Origin: Faecousia sp.
GTDB taxonomy: Bacteria; Bacillota; Clostridia; Oscillospirales; Oscillospiraceae
Assembly (NCBI GenBank): GCA_045590815.1
Contig: JAZNRS010000026.1
Coordinates: 1,151-65,150, forward strand
DNA length: 64,000 bases
Direction of reading: 5' to 3'
Positions 27,192 to 36,990 of this stretch are shown piece by piece. A program made the position numbers and the translations under genes. Below the pieces are notes generated by a model, which worked only from the letters and a program-made list of their open reading frames with translations, ran no database searches and was not told the DNA's origin. Each line of letters begins with the position of its first letter. Position 1 is the stretch's first letter.

Positions 27192-28351
27192 AAAGGATCC
27201 TCCTGTAATTTTGTCTGATTTCTTTGCCGGGATATGCTGAGCACGATCCCCATTTCTCCCAAATTCATTGCCAGCGCTGTGCCGCCGTAGGAAAAGAACG
27301 GCAGGGCGATGCCGGTGGATGGGAGTAAATTTGTCACCACGCCGAGATTCAAGGCAGTCTGCACGGCGATGAGGGTCACGAGCCCTGCCGCCAGTACCGT
27401 AGAAAACCGGTCCCGGGCTCGCAGAGCGATCCAGTAGCCTCGCAGGATCATGGCGCAAAACAGTCCGATGATCAGCACCGCACCCACCAGTCCCAATTCC
27501 TCGCAGATGATGGCAAAAATATAGTCATTGTATTGAAAAGGCAGGTACAGATACTTCTGCCTGCTTTTGCCGAAGCCCAGCCCGAACAGTCCGCCGGAGC
27601 CGATGGCATACAGCGATTGCAGGATCTGATAGCCGGTATCCCCCGGGTCCTGCTCCGGGTGGAGCCATGCGGTGACCCGGTCGCCGGCATAGCCCATAAA
27701 GGTGATATAAATGACCACGAACAGTCCTGCCGCAGCGGCTCCGGCTCCCAGCCATTTCTTCCCGGTGCCGGCTACGAACATCATGCACACCCCCACCATG
27801 CCGATGAGCATGATGGCGGACAGATGCTTTTCCAGCGCCAGGGGGATCAGTATCCCCAAAAGTGCCAGGGAAAATCCCAGCACGCCGTAACGAAATTCTT
27901 TTGTCCGGCTGCCAAATGTCCTGGTCAGTCGGGCGAACATTAAGATGACCGCAAATTTTGCGATCTCCGAGGGCTGAAACTGGATGCCGGCGATGTTGAT
28001 CCAACGGCGGGCACCGTTGACACTCTGTCCCATGACCAGCACCAACAGCAAAAGCGCGATGCTGATGCCATAAACGGGCCACGCCAGCTTCATCCACAGC
28101 TTCGCCGGGATGCGGCTGAACAGCCACATTCCTACCAGCCCCAAGGCAGCGCAAACTGCCTGCTTTTGCAGATATTTTGTGGATATTTCGTAGCCGGTGT
28201 CGTACATGCTTTGGGCGGAGCTTGCGGAATACAGCATGATCAGCCCCACCGCCAACAACGTCAGCACCAGCAGCAAAAACGGAATATCCACCCCTTCTCC
28301 CGCCTTGCGGCGGCGTTCCTCTTTGGCATACAGAGCTTTCTCTGCTGCCAT
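27188..28351 (-). CDS. ftsW: FtsW/SpoVE SEDS protein
   Basis: FQPSEIAK, GSGGLFGLGFG, LPSTGIALPFFSYGG. Confidence 0.9.
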   Translation of the reverse strand: MAAEKALYAKEERRRKAGEGVDIPFLLLVLTLLAVGLIMLYSASSAQSMYDTGYEISTKYLQKQAVCAALGLVGMWLFSRIPAKLWMKLAWPVYGISIALLLLVLVMGQSVNGARRWINIAGIQFQPSEIAKFAVILMFARLTRTFGSRTKEFRYGVLGFSLALLGILIPLALEKHLSAIMLIGMVGVCMMFVAGTGKKWLGAGAAAAGLFVVIYITFMGYAGDRVTAWLHPEQDPGDTGYQILQSLYAIGSGGLFGLGFGKSRQKYLYLPFQYNDYIFAIICEELGLVGAVLIIGLFCAMILRGYWIALRARDRFSTVLAAGLVTLIAVQTALNLGVVTNLLPSTGIALPFFSYGGTALAMNLGEMGIVLSISRQRNQTKLQEDPL

Positions 28352-28387
28352 AGGGGCTCCTTTCCTAAACACATCCCCATATTCCGG

Positions 28388-28486
28388 GGGATTCCCACGC
28401 CACTGCGCCCGCAGGCGCGTGCAAGCGAGCACCCGCCGAAGGCGGCTCTTAGCGAGTCGCAGTATGCGTACTGGCTCGGAATGACA
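28388..28486 (+). repeat. Family A repeat, expanded variant with extra internal hairpins
   Basis: GGGATTCCCACGCC...CTGGCTCGGAATGACA, about 60 bp longer than the other single units. Confidence 0.8.
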
Positions 28487-28489
28487 AGA

Positions 28490-29467
28490 TTATTTCAGCA
28501 GTCCGGAGATGCCGAACCAGGCGGCAAGGCACATCAGCGTTGCCGCCAGGGAAAATACGATGCAGATCTTCACTTCCCGCCAGCCGCACATCTCAAAATG
28601 ATGGTGGATGGGGGACATTTTGAACAGCCGCTTGCCGTGGGTCAGCTTGAAGTAGCCCACCTGCAAAATGACGGACAGAGTTTCGATGATATACACCAGT
28701 CCCACCAACAGCAAGATCAGCGGCATATTCAGCGCAAAGGCCAGACCGCAGACGACGCCGCCCAAAAACAGCGAGCCGGTATCGCCCATGAACACCTTTG
28801 CCGGGTGCCAGTTGTAGAACAGATAAGCGATCAAACCGCCCACCATGGCAGCAGGCAGCAGCGCCAGTTCAAACTTCTCCATACCCACAGCGGCGGCGGT
28901 GAAGAACACCATCACCGGAACGGTGACACTGCCGCAAAGGCCGTCCACACCGTCGGTCAGATTCACCGCATTAACGCAGCCCACCATCACAAACATGGCA
29001 AAGAAGATGTACAGCAGCGGATGGATACCAAAGCTGACATTGACAAATGGTATGTAGATCACGCTCTGCAGAGTCCCCTGCCGCCACAGCAAATACAGAT
29101 ACAGCGCAGAAACCGCCATCTGCAGCAGGGCTTTTTGAATGGAGGTCAGGCCCAGGTTGCGCTTGAACTTTGCCTTGAAGAAATCGTCCAAAAAGCCCAC
29201 AAGACCAAAGCACAGTCCCAGTCCCAGGACATAAAACACAGAGTAATCCTTCATCGCCGGGATATTTGCCAGCAGGCAGGCCACCGTCGCCAAAATGAAC
29301 ATCAGACCGCCCATCATGGGGGTACCGGCCTTATTGTTGTGCCAGGTGGGACCAACCTCACGAATGGACTGTCCTGCCTTCAGGGCACGCAGAACCGGCA
29401 GAAGCAGGTAGCCGATGCCCATGGTCAGCCCTGTGGCCACCAACGCCGTAACGATCACTCTAGTCAT
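28490..29467 (-). CDS. mraY: Phospho-MurNAc-pentapeptide transferase
   Basis: KAGTPMMGG, NAVNLTDGVDGL, FMGDTGS, PIHHHFE. Confidence 0.97.
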   Translation of the reverse strand: MTRVIVTALVATGLTMGIGYLLLPVLRALKAGQSIREVGPTWHNNKAGTPMMGGLMFILATVACLLANIPAMKDYSVFYVLGLGLCFGLVGFLDDFFKAKFKRNLGLTSIQKALLQMAVSALYLYLLWRQGTLQSVIYIPFVNVSFGIHPLLYIFFAMFVMVGCVNAVNLTDGVDGLCGSVTVPVMVFFTAAAVGMEKFELALLPAAMVGGLIAYLFYNWHPAKVFMGDTGSLFLGGVVCGLAFALNMPLILLLVGLVYIIETLSVILQVGYFKLTHGKRLFKMSPIHHHFEMCGWREVKICIVFSLAATLMCLAAWFGISGLLK

Positions 29468-29481
29468 AGTTTTTCCTCCGC

Positions 29482-30843
29482 TTATGTTTCGTCTTTCAGG
29501 AAGAGCTCCAAAATCAGCTCCATACGCATACCACGGCTGCCCTTTACCAGGATCACGTCGCCAGGTTTGATCAACCGCTTCATGGCTGCTGCCATTTCCT
29601 CACGGTCTTCGAAGGACTTTGCCTTGCCCTCAGCCATGCCGCCGGTGATGGCACCGCTGACCACACGGCTTCCGTTGGGACCGAATGCCAGCAGCATATC
29701 TGCCTTTTCCGCAGCGATGCGACCTACCCGATAATGCTCCGCCGGGGCGCAAACGCCCAGCTCCAGCATATCGCCCAGGACTGCCACCTTCCGTCCGGGC
29801 TTGCCACCCAGCACCGCCAGCGCCGCAGCCATGGACTCGGGGCCTGCATTATAGCAATCCTTAATGATGGTGCAGCCCTTGGCCTGGAAGATCTCCTGCC
29901 GGCCTGCCATATTCTGAAAATCATACAGCGCCGCACAGATGCTTTCCGTATCCACGCCCATTGCCATGCCCACGCTTACCGCAGCCAGGGCATCGGACAC
30001 ATAGTGGATGCCCTCCAGGCACAGCTCCATAGGGAAGCGCTTTTCCTGGCATTCCACCGTAAACTGCAGCAGCTCCGGCTTCTGGACGATATCCACGCCC
30101 CGGAATGCCGCTCCGGGATTTTGCAGTCCGAAGTAGCTGATATCCAGATGCTCGTGCTTTTGCATATTCCACAGCAGCGCATCGTCACCATTGAGGATCA
30201 CCATGCCGCCGGGACGCATACCCTCCATGATCTCCAGCTTCGCCTGCAGGATGCCCTGCTGGGAGCCCAGATGCTCGATGTGCATGGTGCCGATGTTGGT
30301 GATGACACCCACATCCGGCTGACCGATGGATGCCAGGTAGGCGATCTCCCGGAAATGGTTCATGCCCATTTCCAGCACCGCTACCTCTGTATCCTCGCTC
30401 ATGGAAAGGAGCGCCATGGGCATACCGATGTCATTATTATGATTGGCAGGGGTCTTGCTCACCCGGTACTTTCTGGACAGCACCGCAAAGATCATTTCCT
30501 TGGTGGTGCTTTTGCCCACAGAGCCGGTGACACCCACCACCTTCATGCCGATACGAAGCCGCTCCTCCCGAGCGATATCGCCCAGGGCCTTGCGGGTATC
30601 GTCCACGATGATACAGGGGATATCCCCCACCTTGCGGCTGCACAGCGCCGCCGCTGCTCCCTTCTCCATGGCGGAGGGGATGTAGTCGTTGCCGTCCCGC
30701 TCCCCCTGGAGGGCGACGAACAGCTCGCCGGGTTTGACCTTACGGGAGTCATTGTTGGCACCCAGGAAGGTCACATCCGCATATTTCGGATCGATCAGAC
30801 CGCCGCACCATTGGGCGGCCTGCTGTAATGTGATCAAGCCCAT
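29482..30843 (-). CDS. murF: UDP-MurNAc-tripeptide D-Ala-D-Ala ligase
   Basis: TGSVGKSTTKE, EMGMNH, DCYNAGPESM, GDMLELG, KGSRG. Confidence 0.96.
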   Translation of the reverse strand: MGLITLQQAAQWCGGLIDPKYADVTFLGANNDSRKVKPGELFVALQGERDGNDYIPSAMEKGAAAALCSRKVGDIPCIIVDDTRKALGDIAREERLRIGMKVVGVTGSVGKSTTKEMIFAVLSRKYRVSKTPANHNNDIGMPMALLSMSEDTEVAVLEMGMNHFREIAYLASIGQPDVGVITNIGTMHIEHLGSQQGILQAKLEIMEGMRPGGMVILNGDDALLWNMQKHEHLDISYFGLQNPGAAFRGVDIVQKPELLQFTVECQEKRFPMELCLEGIHYVSDALAAVSVGMAMGVDTESICAALYDFQNMAGRQEIFQAKGCTIIKDCYNAGPESMAAALAVLGGKPGRKVAVLGDMLELGVCAPAEHYRVGRIAAEKADMLLAFGPNGSRVVSGAITGGMAEGKAKSFEDREEMAAAMKRLIKPGDVILVKGSRGMRMELILELFLKDET

Positions 30844-30844
30844 A

Positions 30845-32296
30845 TTATTTCCTCTTTTCCACCAGATACGCGGCAACCACTTCCCGCTCATCCAGATGGT
30901 GCTTTATACCATGGATCTCCTGGTAGGTTTCGTGGCCCTTGCCGGCCAACACAATTATATCATCTTTTTCGCCAATGTCCATGGCATATTCGATCGCTTT
31001 GGGGCGATTTTCTATGATTTCATAGGTTCCCATGGAAGAATTTACACCCTTGACGATATCGGCGATGATGGCGCTGGGGTCTTCGGTACGGGGATTGTCG
31101 GAGGTGATGATAGCAATATCCGACAGCTCCACGCCGATCCTGCCCATAATGGGGCGCTTGATGGGATCCCGGTCACCGCCGCAGCCAAACACGGCGATCA
31201 GCCGACCCTTGCAGAAATCCCGGACGGAGCGCAGGACATTTTCCAGTCCGTCGGGGCTGTGGGCATAGTCGATCAGCACGGTATAGGGCTCGCCGGGGGT
31301 GGGAACCACCTCGATGCGCCCCTTCACGCCCTGGACATTCTTCAGCGCCTGGGCAGTCTGGTTCAGATCAATGCCCAGTGCCTTTGCGATACCCAGCACG
31401 GACAGCACGTTATACACCGTAAAACGTCCGGGGATGGGCAGCTCCACGGGGATCTTTTCTCCATCGGACACGGCGGTGAAGGCGATGCCGTCGGATTTCA
31501 ACGTCACATCCGTGGCATAGATGCCAGCCTCGCCCTTGGCGGAGGTGGTGACCACCGGGCAAGCTGCCTTGGCGGCGATCCGGTCAAACCATTCATCGTC
31601 CCGATTCAGCACCGCACCGTCGCACCGGGCGAACAGCTCTGCCTTGGCATCGCAATAGGCTTCCATGGTCTTGTGGAAATCCAGATGGTCTTCCGTCAGA
31701 TTGGTGAACGCCGCCACCTTGAAATGCACGCCGCCCACCCGATCCAGGGCGATGGCGTGGGAGGAAACCTCCATGATGGCATATTTGCAGCCGGCATCAC
31801 GCATTTGGGCAAAGAGGCTTTGCAGTTCGAAGCTTTCCGGGGTGGTGCGCTCCGTGGGGAGCACCACATCGCCGATGCGATTTTCCATGGTACCGATGAG
31901 ACCGCACTTGCAGCCCTCCACCGACTCCAAAACCTGCTTCAAAAGCAAGGTGGTGGAGGTCTTTCCGTTGGTACCGGTGACGCCGATGACCTGGATCGCA
32001 TCTCCGGGACGGTCAAAATAATTGCAGCCGATCAGCGCCAGTGCCAGCCGGTCATTGTCAACAAGCACATAAGGCACATCCTGCTCCGGCTTCTTGGCGG
32101 TGACCACAACGGCAGCACCCTTCTCCATCGCCATGGGGATGAAGCGGTTTCCATCGGAGGCGAAGCCGGAAATGGCAACAAACAGCGCCCCCGGCGTTAC
32201 CTTCCGGGAATCGTATGCCACCTGGGCGATCTCCATGTCCATATCCGCATTGGTTTCCAGAACGTCGATTCCACGAAGCAGATCCTGCAGTTTCAT
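30845..32296 (-). CDS. murE: UDP-MurNAc-dipeptide meso-DAP ligase
   Basis: TGTNGKT, MEVSSH, DYAH, DNPR (DAP-specific), AGKGHE. Confidence 0.96.
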   Translation of the reverse strand: MKLQDLLRGIDVLETNADMDMEIAQVAYDSRKVTPGALFVAISGFASDGNRFIPMAMEKGAAVVVTAKKPEQDVPYVLVDNDRLALALIGCNYFDRPGDAIQVIGVTGTNGKTSTTLLLKQVLESVEGCKCGLIGTMENRIGDVVLPTERTTPESFELQSLFAQMRDAGCKYAIMEVSSHAIALDRVGGVHFKVAAFTNLTEDHLDFHKTMEAYCDAKAELFARCDGAVLNRDDEWFDRIAAKAACPVVTTSAKGEAGIYATDVTLKSDGIAFTAVSDGEKIPVELPIPGRFTVYNVLSVLGIAKALGIDLNQTAQALKNVQGVKGRIEVVPTPGEPYTVLIDYAHSPDGLENVLRSVRDFCKGRLIAVFGCGGDRDPIKRPIMGRIGVELSDIAIITSDNPRTEDPSAIIADIVKGVNSSMGTYEIIENRPKAIEYAMDIGEKDDIIVLAGKGHETYQEIHGIKHHLDEREVVAAYLVEKRK

Positions 32297-32320
32297 ATAG
32301 CAAAACTCCTTTGTAGGCGG

Positions 32321-34651
32321 CTAATCCGCCGCTTTGGTGTCGATAAATTCCACTTTTATTGTAGTACCCGTGTCAACCTCTGTTCCCGACGGGATACTTT
32401 GGCTCACCGCCGTCACCCCCGGGTCAAGGGAAGTATTCCCGGATACCAAAATGTATAGTCCCAGGGCACCAGCGGCATCGTTTGCCTGGGCACGGTTCAT
32501 TCCCGTCAGGTCGGGGACTTTTACCTTTCTCGTTTCCGATTCCTCTCCGAAATAGAGGAGGATTTCACTTCCTCCCGGCACCGCCGATCCAGCTTGAGGA
32601 AGCTGGGCAGTGACGGTTTCGCCGTTCCCCAGGGCTTTGTAGGTGATACTTTCATTTTTCAGAAGCTTTTCCGCTTCCTTTTGGGTCATGCCGGTCATGT
32701 CAGAAAGCACCACCGACTTACCGGCGATGTCCGCTTCCGAAAATTTCTGCTCCACGCCCAGGTAAGGCAGGATATCCGCCATCACGGCACCTACCGTGGG
32801 CGCCGCCATGACACCGCCGGAAATGTAGATGCCCGTGGAACGGGATGGGGTGTCCAGCGCCACCAATACAATATACTCCGGATCGTCCATGGGCGCAATC
32901 CCCACAAATGATACGATTTTATCCAGCACACGCTGCCCATTCTCATCAAAAACGTCAATTTTTTCGCTGGTACCGGTCTTTCCCCCGATGGAAAACCCGG
33001 CAACAGAGGCATTTTTTGCCGTCCCCTCGGTGACCACCGACTCCAAAAGGGTGCACATGGTCTTGGAGGTTTCGGCGCTGATCACCTGGCGCACCGCTGT
33101 AGGCTCCTGCTTCAAAACGGTTTTACCATCAGCATCGACGACCTCCGACACGATGTACGGCTCCAAAAGGGTGCCGCCGTTGACCACCGCCGCAATGGCT
33201 CGCACCAATTGCAGGGGCGTGATCTTGAAGGTCTGCCCGAAGGAACCGGAGGTCAAGGACGCCGTGCCCCATTTTTCCGTGTTGGTCACGAGGCTTTTGT
33301 CGAAAAAGATCCCCTTGCTCTCCCCTGCCAGGTCGATGCCGGTCTTTTCCAGGATCCCAAATTCTTCAATATATTTATAGAATGTATCGCCGCCCATTTT
33401 CAGTGCGATATGGGCAAAGGCGATATTGCAGGAATTTTGCAGCGCCTGGGGCGTTTTTTCTGCGCCATGCCCCGCCGCACGCCAGCAATGAAGCTTTTGG
33501 GCACGTCCGGGGATCTGCTCGGAGCCGGAACAATGAAAATTGGTGTTCAGATCGATGGCACCGCTGTCCAGTGCCGCCGCCATGGTCAGCACCTTGAAGG
33601 TGGATCCCGGCTCGTAGCCATCGGAAAGGATCCGGTTGCGCCACTGCTTCAGCCGTGCGGCGTTCAGCGCTTCTTTATATTTCTGCAGCCCGTCTTGGTA
33701 GGCACGGCTTTCCAGAGGGTGCTGAAGATAGTCCATTTTCAGCTCATCCAGCTGGGTTTGGGTCTTGGGGTCGGCAACCTCCAGGTATTGATTGGGATCG
33801 TAGTTTCCCAGGGTCGCCATTGCCAAAATCTCGCCGGTCTTGGCGTTCATCACCAGTCCGAATGCGCCGTTTTGCACATCATAACGGGCGATGGCGTCTT
33901 GCATCTGCTTTTCAAGGCACGCCTGCACCGTGGCATCCAGGGTCAGAATGCAGTCGCTGCCCGGGACAGCGGACACATAGTTTTCATAGGAAAAGGGCAT
34001 ATCCATTTCGTTGTTGCCCTTGGTGGTGATGACCTTACCGGCGGTGCCGGAAAGATAGCTGTTGTACGCCGCCTCGATGCCCTCGGAGCCGGTATTGGAG
34101 GCGTTGGTGAAGCCGATCACCTGGGCTGCCAACGTCCCATAGGGATAATAGCGCTTGGAATTCGGCTCTAGGTGGATACCGGAAATGCCGTTTTCGTTGA
34201 TAAAATCACGAATTTGGTCGGCAATTTCCGTATCGATGGCGGCTGCGATCTGCTTGTAGCGCATGGAGGTATCCGCCGCCTGCTCCTGGATCCAGGCAGG
34301 CTCCAGCGCCAAAAGCGCCCCCAAAAATCCGCCGATTTTCTCCACATCCGCCTTGGACTGCTTCAGCTCGTGGGGGTCCAGGTACACATTCTCCACACTT
34401 TGAGAGCAAGCCAGAATATTCATATTCCGGTCGTAAATAGTGCCCCGATCCGCCGTGACGGCGGTGGTGCGCGTCTGGTTTCTCAGGGCAAGGTTTGCGT
34501 AGTATTCATAATCTCGAACCATCAAGGCGTACAGCCGCACCGCCGTGGGGATAAAAACAGCGATCCCCAATAGCAGCATCACCGCCATGATCCGTTTATG
34601 CTGAGCGGAATCCCCCCGGATCCGGTGAAATTCCCGGGATTTTTTCTTCAT
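32321..34651 (-). CDS. Class B PBP with PASTA domains (SpoVD/FtsI-like)
   Basis: EPGSTFK, SCN, GKTGT; C-terminal PASTA repeats. Confidence 0.92.
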   Translation of the reverse strand: MKKKSREFHRIRGDSAQHKRIMAVMLLLGIAVFIPTAVRLYALMVRDYEYYANLALRNQTRTTAVTADRGTIYDRNMNILACSQSVENVYLDPHELKQSKADVEKIGGFLGALLALEPAWIQEQAADTSMRYKQIAAAIDTEIADQIRDFINENGISGIHLEPNSKRYYPYGTLAAQVIGFTNASNTGSEGIEAAYNSYLSGTAGKVITTKGNNEMDMPFSYENYVSAVPGSDCILTLDATVQACLEKQMQDAIARYDVQNGAFGLVMNAKTGEILAMATLGNYDPNQYLEVADPKTQTQLDELKMDYLQHPLESRAYQDGLQKYKEALNAARLKQWRNRILSDGYEPGSTFKVLTMAAALDSGAIDLNTNFHCSGSEQIPGRAQKLHCWRAAGHGAEKTPQALQNSCNIAFAHIALKMGGDTFYKYIEEFGILEKTGIDLAGESKGIFFDKSLVTNTEKWGTASLTSGSFGQTFKITPLQLVRAIAAVVNGGTLLEPYIVSEVVDADGKTVLKQEPTAVRQVISAETSKTMCTLLESVVTEGTAKNASVAGFSIGGKTGTSEKIDVFDENGQRVLDKIVSFVGIAPMDDPEYIVLVALDTPSRSTGIYISGGVMAAPTVGAVMADILPYLGVEQKFSEADIAGKSVVLSDMTGMTQKEAEKLLKNESITYKALGNGETVTAQLPQAGSAVPGGSEILLYFGEESETRKVKVPDLTGMNRAQANDAAGALGLYILVSGNTSLDPGVTAVSQSIPSGTEVDTGTTIKVEFIDTKAAD

Positions 34652-34747
34652 AAGACACCGGCCTTTCCATTAGGATGAAATGGGCAGTAAGGGCGTACCC
34701 TCACTGCCCATGCAGTTCTATCCTAATTTTATTGACCGGGTCTAAGT

Positions 34748-35215
34748 TTATGCAAAAAGCTCAGAAAAGAACAGTCCGATATTTTCCCAGATGGTGGGCT
34801 CTGCCTCGGGCTGGGGGATCTGAACATCGATGGTCACATGGGGTGCATCCTCGATGGGGATCATGCCCATCTCTTCCGCTTGGCGGCGAACCTCCTGGGC
34901 ATCGTAACCGGCAAGGTAAATGTCCCGCAGCTGGGCATTCTCCGCTTCCAGCTGAGCAACGTACTCCTGGGCTTTCTGTGCCTGGGAAGACGCGACGCCC
35001 AGGCGGATCATACCCACCGCCATGGCGATCAGCAGCAGTCCTGCGGCAAACACGGCACACACCGACAGAGGATCCACATACAGCACCGTCCGCTTGTCAC
35101 GGCGGACCTTGGGCTTGGGCAGGGCAACCTTCTTCTTGGGCTGGATCTCCAGTTTCCGGGCGGCGCTGCCGTGGGTGTAGATGCTCACATATTGAATATC
35201 CGGTTGACGTGCCAT
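34748..35215 (-). CDS. ftsL: FtsL-like division protein
   Basis: TM helix, coiled coil and A..MGM motif; lies between rsmH and the PBP. Confidence 0.6.
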   Translation of the reverse strand: MARQPDIQYVSIYTHGSAARKLEIQPKKKVALPKPKVRRDKRTVLYVDPLSVCAVFAAGLLLIAMAVGMIRLGVASSQAQKAQEYVAQLEAENAQLRDIYLAGYDAQEVRRQAEEMGMIPIEDAPHVTIDVQIPQPEAEPTIWENIGLFFSELFA

Positions 35216-35240
35216 GTATGTTCACTCCTCTCTTGGGACG

Positions 35241-36176
35241 TTATAGTTTTTCACAGACACGAAGCTTGGCGCTTCGGGCTCTGGGGTTGCGCTCCAGCTC
35301 TTCATCGCCGGAAACGATGGGCTTGCGGCTGATCAGCTTTACCTGGGGCTTCTTGCCGCAGACGCAAACCGGGAAATTTGGCGGGCAGGTACAGCCCTTG
35401 GAGGCTCCTGCCATGCCGTTTTTAACAATTCGGTCTTCCAGTGAGTGGAAGGTGATGATCGCCAGCCGTCCGCCGGGATTCAAGCAAGGGATCGCATCCC
35501 GCATCACCTGCTCCACACTGCCCAGCTCGTCATTGACGGCGATCCGGATCGCCTGGAAGCTGCGCTTGGCGGGATGCTGCTTTTCCCGGAGGGCTGCCGC
35601 AGGCATAGCGCTTCGGATCACATCCACCAGCTCCAGGGTGGTTTCGATGGGCTTTTCGGTGCGCCGACGGCAGATCGCCGCGGCGATCTGCGGTGCGTAG
35701 CGCTCCTCGCCGTAGTCGTAGAGGATGCGCTTCAGCTCCTCCTGGGACCAGGTGTTGACCACCGTGTAGGCGCTGAGGGCATCGCCGCTGTTCATGCGCA
35801 TATCCAGCGGTGCGTCCGCCATGTAGGAAAAGCCACGTTGGGCATCCTCCAGCTGGGGAGAGGATACGCCCAGGTCCAGCAAAATGCCGTCTACCCCGGG
35901 AATATTCAGCTCCTCCAGGACGGATTTGATCTCACAGAAATTGGAATGGACCAGGGTCACCCGATCCATATAGGGTGCCAGCCGCTCCGAAGCGGCCTTC
36001 AGCGCCACCGGATCCCGGTCAATGCCGATGAGCCGACCGGTGGTCAGCCGCTTGGCGATCTGACTGGAATGACCGGCTCCGCCCAGGGTGCCGTCCACAT
36101 AAATGCCGTCAGGCTTGATATTCAGCCCTTCGATACACTCGTCCAGCAGGACGGATACATGATAAAACTCACTCAT
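35241..36176 (-). CDS. rsmH: 16S rRNA m4C1402 methyltransferase
   Basis: DGTLGGAGHS, DLGVSSPQL, FHSLEDR, NPRARSAKLR. Confidence 0.97.
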   Translation of the reverse strand: MSEFYHVSVLLDECIEGLNIKPDGIYVDGTLGGAGHSSQIAKRLTTGRLIGIDRDPVALKAASERLAPYMDRVTLVHSNFCEIKSVLEELNIPGVDGILLDLGVSSPQLEDAQRGFSYMADAPLDMRMNSGDALSAYTVVNTWSQEELKRILYDYGEERYAPQIAAAICRRRTEKPIETTLELVDVIRSAMPAAALREKQHPAKRSFQAIRIAVNDELGSVEQVMRDAIPCLNPGGRLAIITFHSLEDRIVKNGMAGASKGCTCPPNFPVCVCGKKPQVKLISRKPIVSGDEELERNPRARSAKLRVCEKL

Positions 36177-36601
36177 AGGCCGATGGTCTCCAGGGATGCC
36201 AGCAGCTTTTCGGGAGTTAGATTCTCAGTCTCGAAGGCAGCGAACTCCTCTGCGTCCCAGATCTCTGCCTGACCGGCACGGCCTACGATGACCACTTCCC
36301 GGCTGATGCCGGCGTAGTCCAGCAGGTTCTGGGTGAGCATGAAGCGGAACTGCTTGTCCGGGGTGCATTCGGCAGCATTGATGAAGATCAAGCTGGTGGC
36401 AGCACCACGTTGGGAGATGGGCAAAGCGTTGTAGTTGTCGCTGAGGGTCTGCCAGTCGGCAGTGGTGTAAGCCGTGAGGCAACGGTGACCGCAGTTGACG
36501 CCCAGCGTCACGAAAAATGCCTCGCCCAGCTCGCTGCGCAGCTTCGCAGGAACGAACAGACGGTTTTTATCGTCCAGTTTCGCAGGATATTTGCCGATCA
36601 T
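36173..36601 (-). CDS. mraZ: Transcriptional regulator MraZ
   Basis: LDDKNRLFVPAKLR, DKQFR, EIWD; first gene of the dcw cluster. Confidence 0.92.
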   Translation of the reverse strand: MIGKYPAKLDDKNRLFVPAKLRSELGEAFFVTLGVNCGHRCLTAYTTADWQTLSDNYNALPISQRGAATSLIFINAAECTPDKQFRFMLTQNLLDYAGISREVVIVGRAGQAEIWDAEEFAAFETENLTPEKLLASLETIGL

Positions 36602-36614
36602 TTTGCCTCACCTC

Positions 36615-36651
36615 CTCCATTTTACTCCACTTTTACTCCATTTTGCTCCAC
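36615..36651 (-). promoter_or_regulatory. MraZ-binding direct repeats
   Basis: Four RTGGAG units at 10-11 bp spacing directly upstream of mraZ. Confidence 0.8.
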
Positions 36652-36816
36652 TTGATAACAGTATATATCCTCCATCGGAAAAAATCAATATTTTTTTACG
36701 AATTTCTCCAAAAAAATTATGGAAATTATCAAAAACTCGCACATATAGAACACCCGTTCTATATGTGCGGTTTTGAGGAAGATAAATGATTATTTGTGTG
36801 AGTAACGCACACGCCC

Positions 36817-36941
36817 CTTGCCTCTCCCTTCGGGAGAGGTGCCCCAGTGCGCACACTGGGGCGAAGAGGGTATACTACGATGAAAACCCCTCTCAGTCAC
36901 CGCCTTTCGGCGGTGCCAGCTCTCCCGGAGGGAGAGCCAAG
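36817..36941. repeat. Composite palindromic element (family B)
   Basis: CTTG CCTCTCCC-TTC-GGGAGAGG...GCTCTCCC-GGA-GGGAGAGC CAAG with nested hairpins. Confidence 0.7.
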
Positions 36942-36981
36942 TGCGCCTTCGGCGACGGGGAGGGCATGCCCTCGCCCTACA
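36942..36981 (-). repeat. GTAG-type REP, second subfamily
   Basis: TGTAGGGCGAGGGCATGCCCTCCCCGTCGCCGAAGGCGCA; near-match at 46484-46523. Confidence 0.7.
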
Positions 36982-36990
36982 AAATACACA

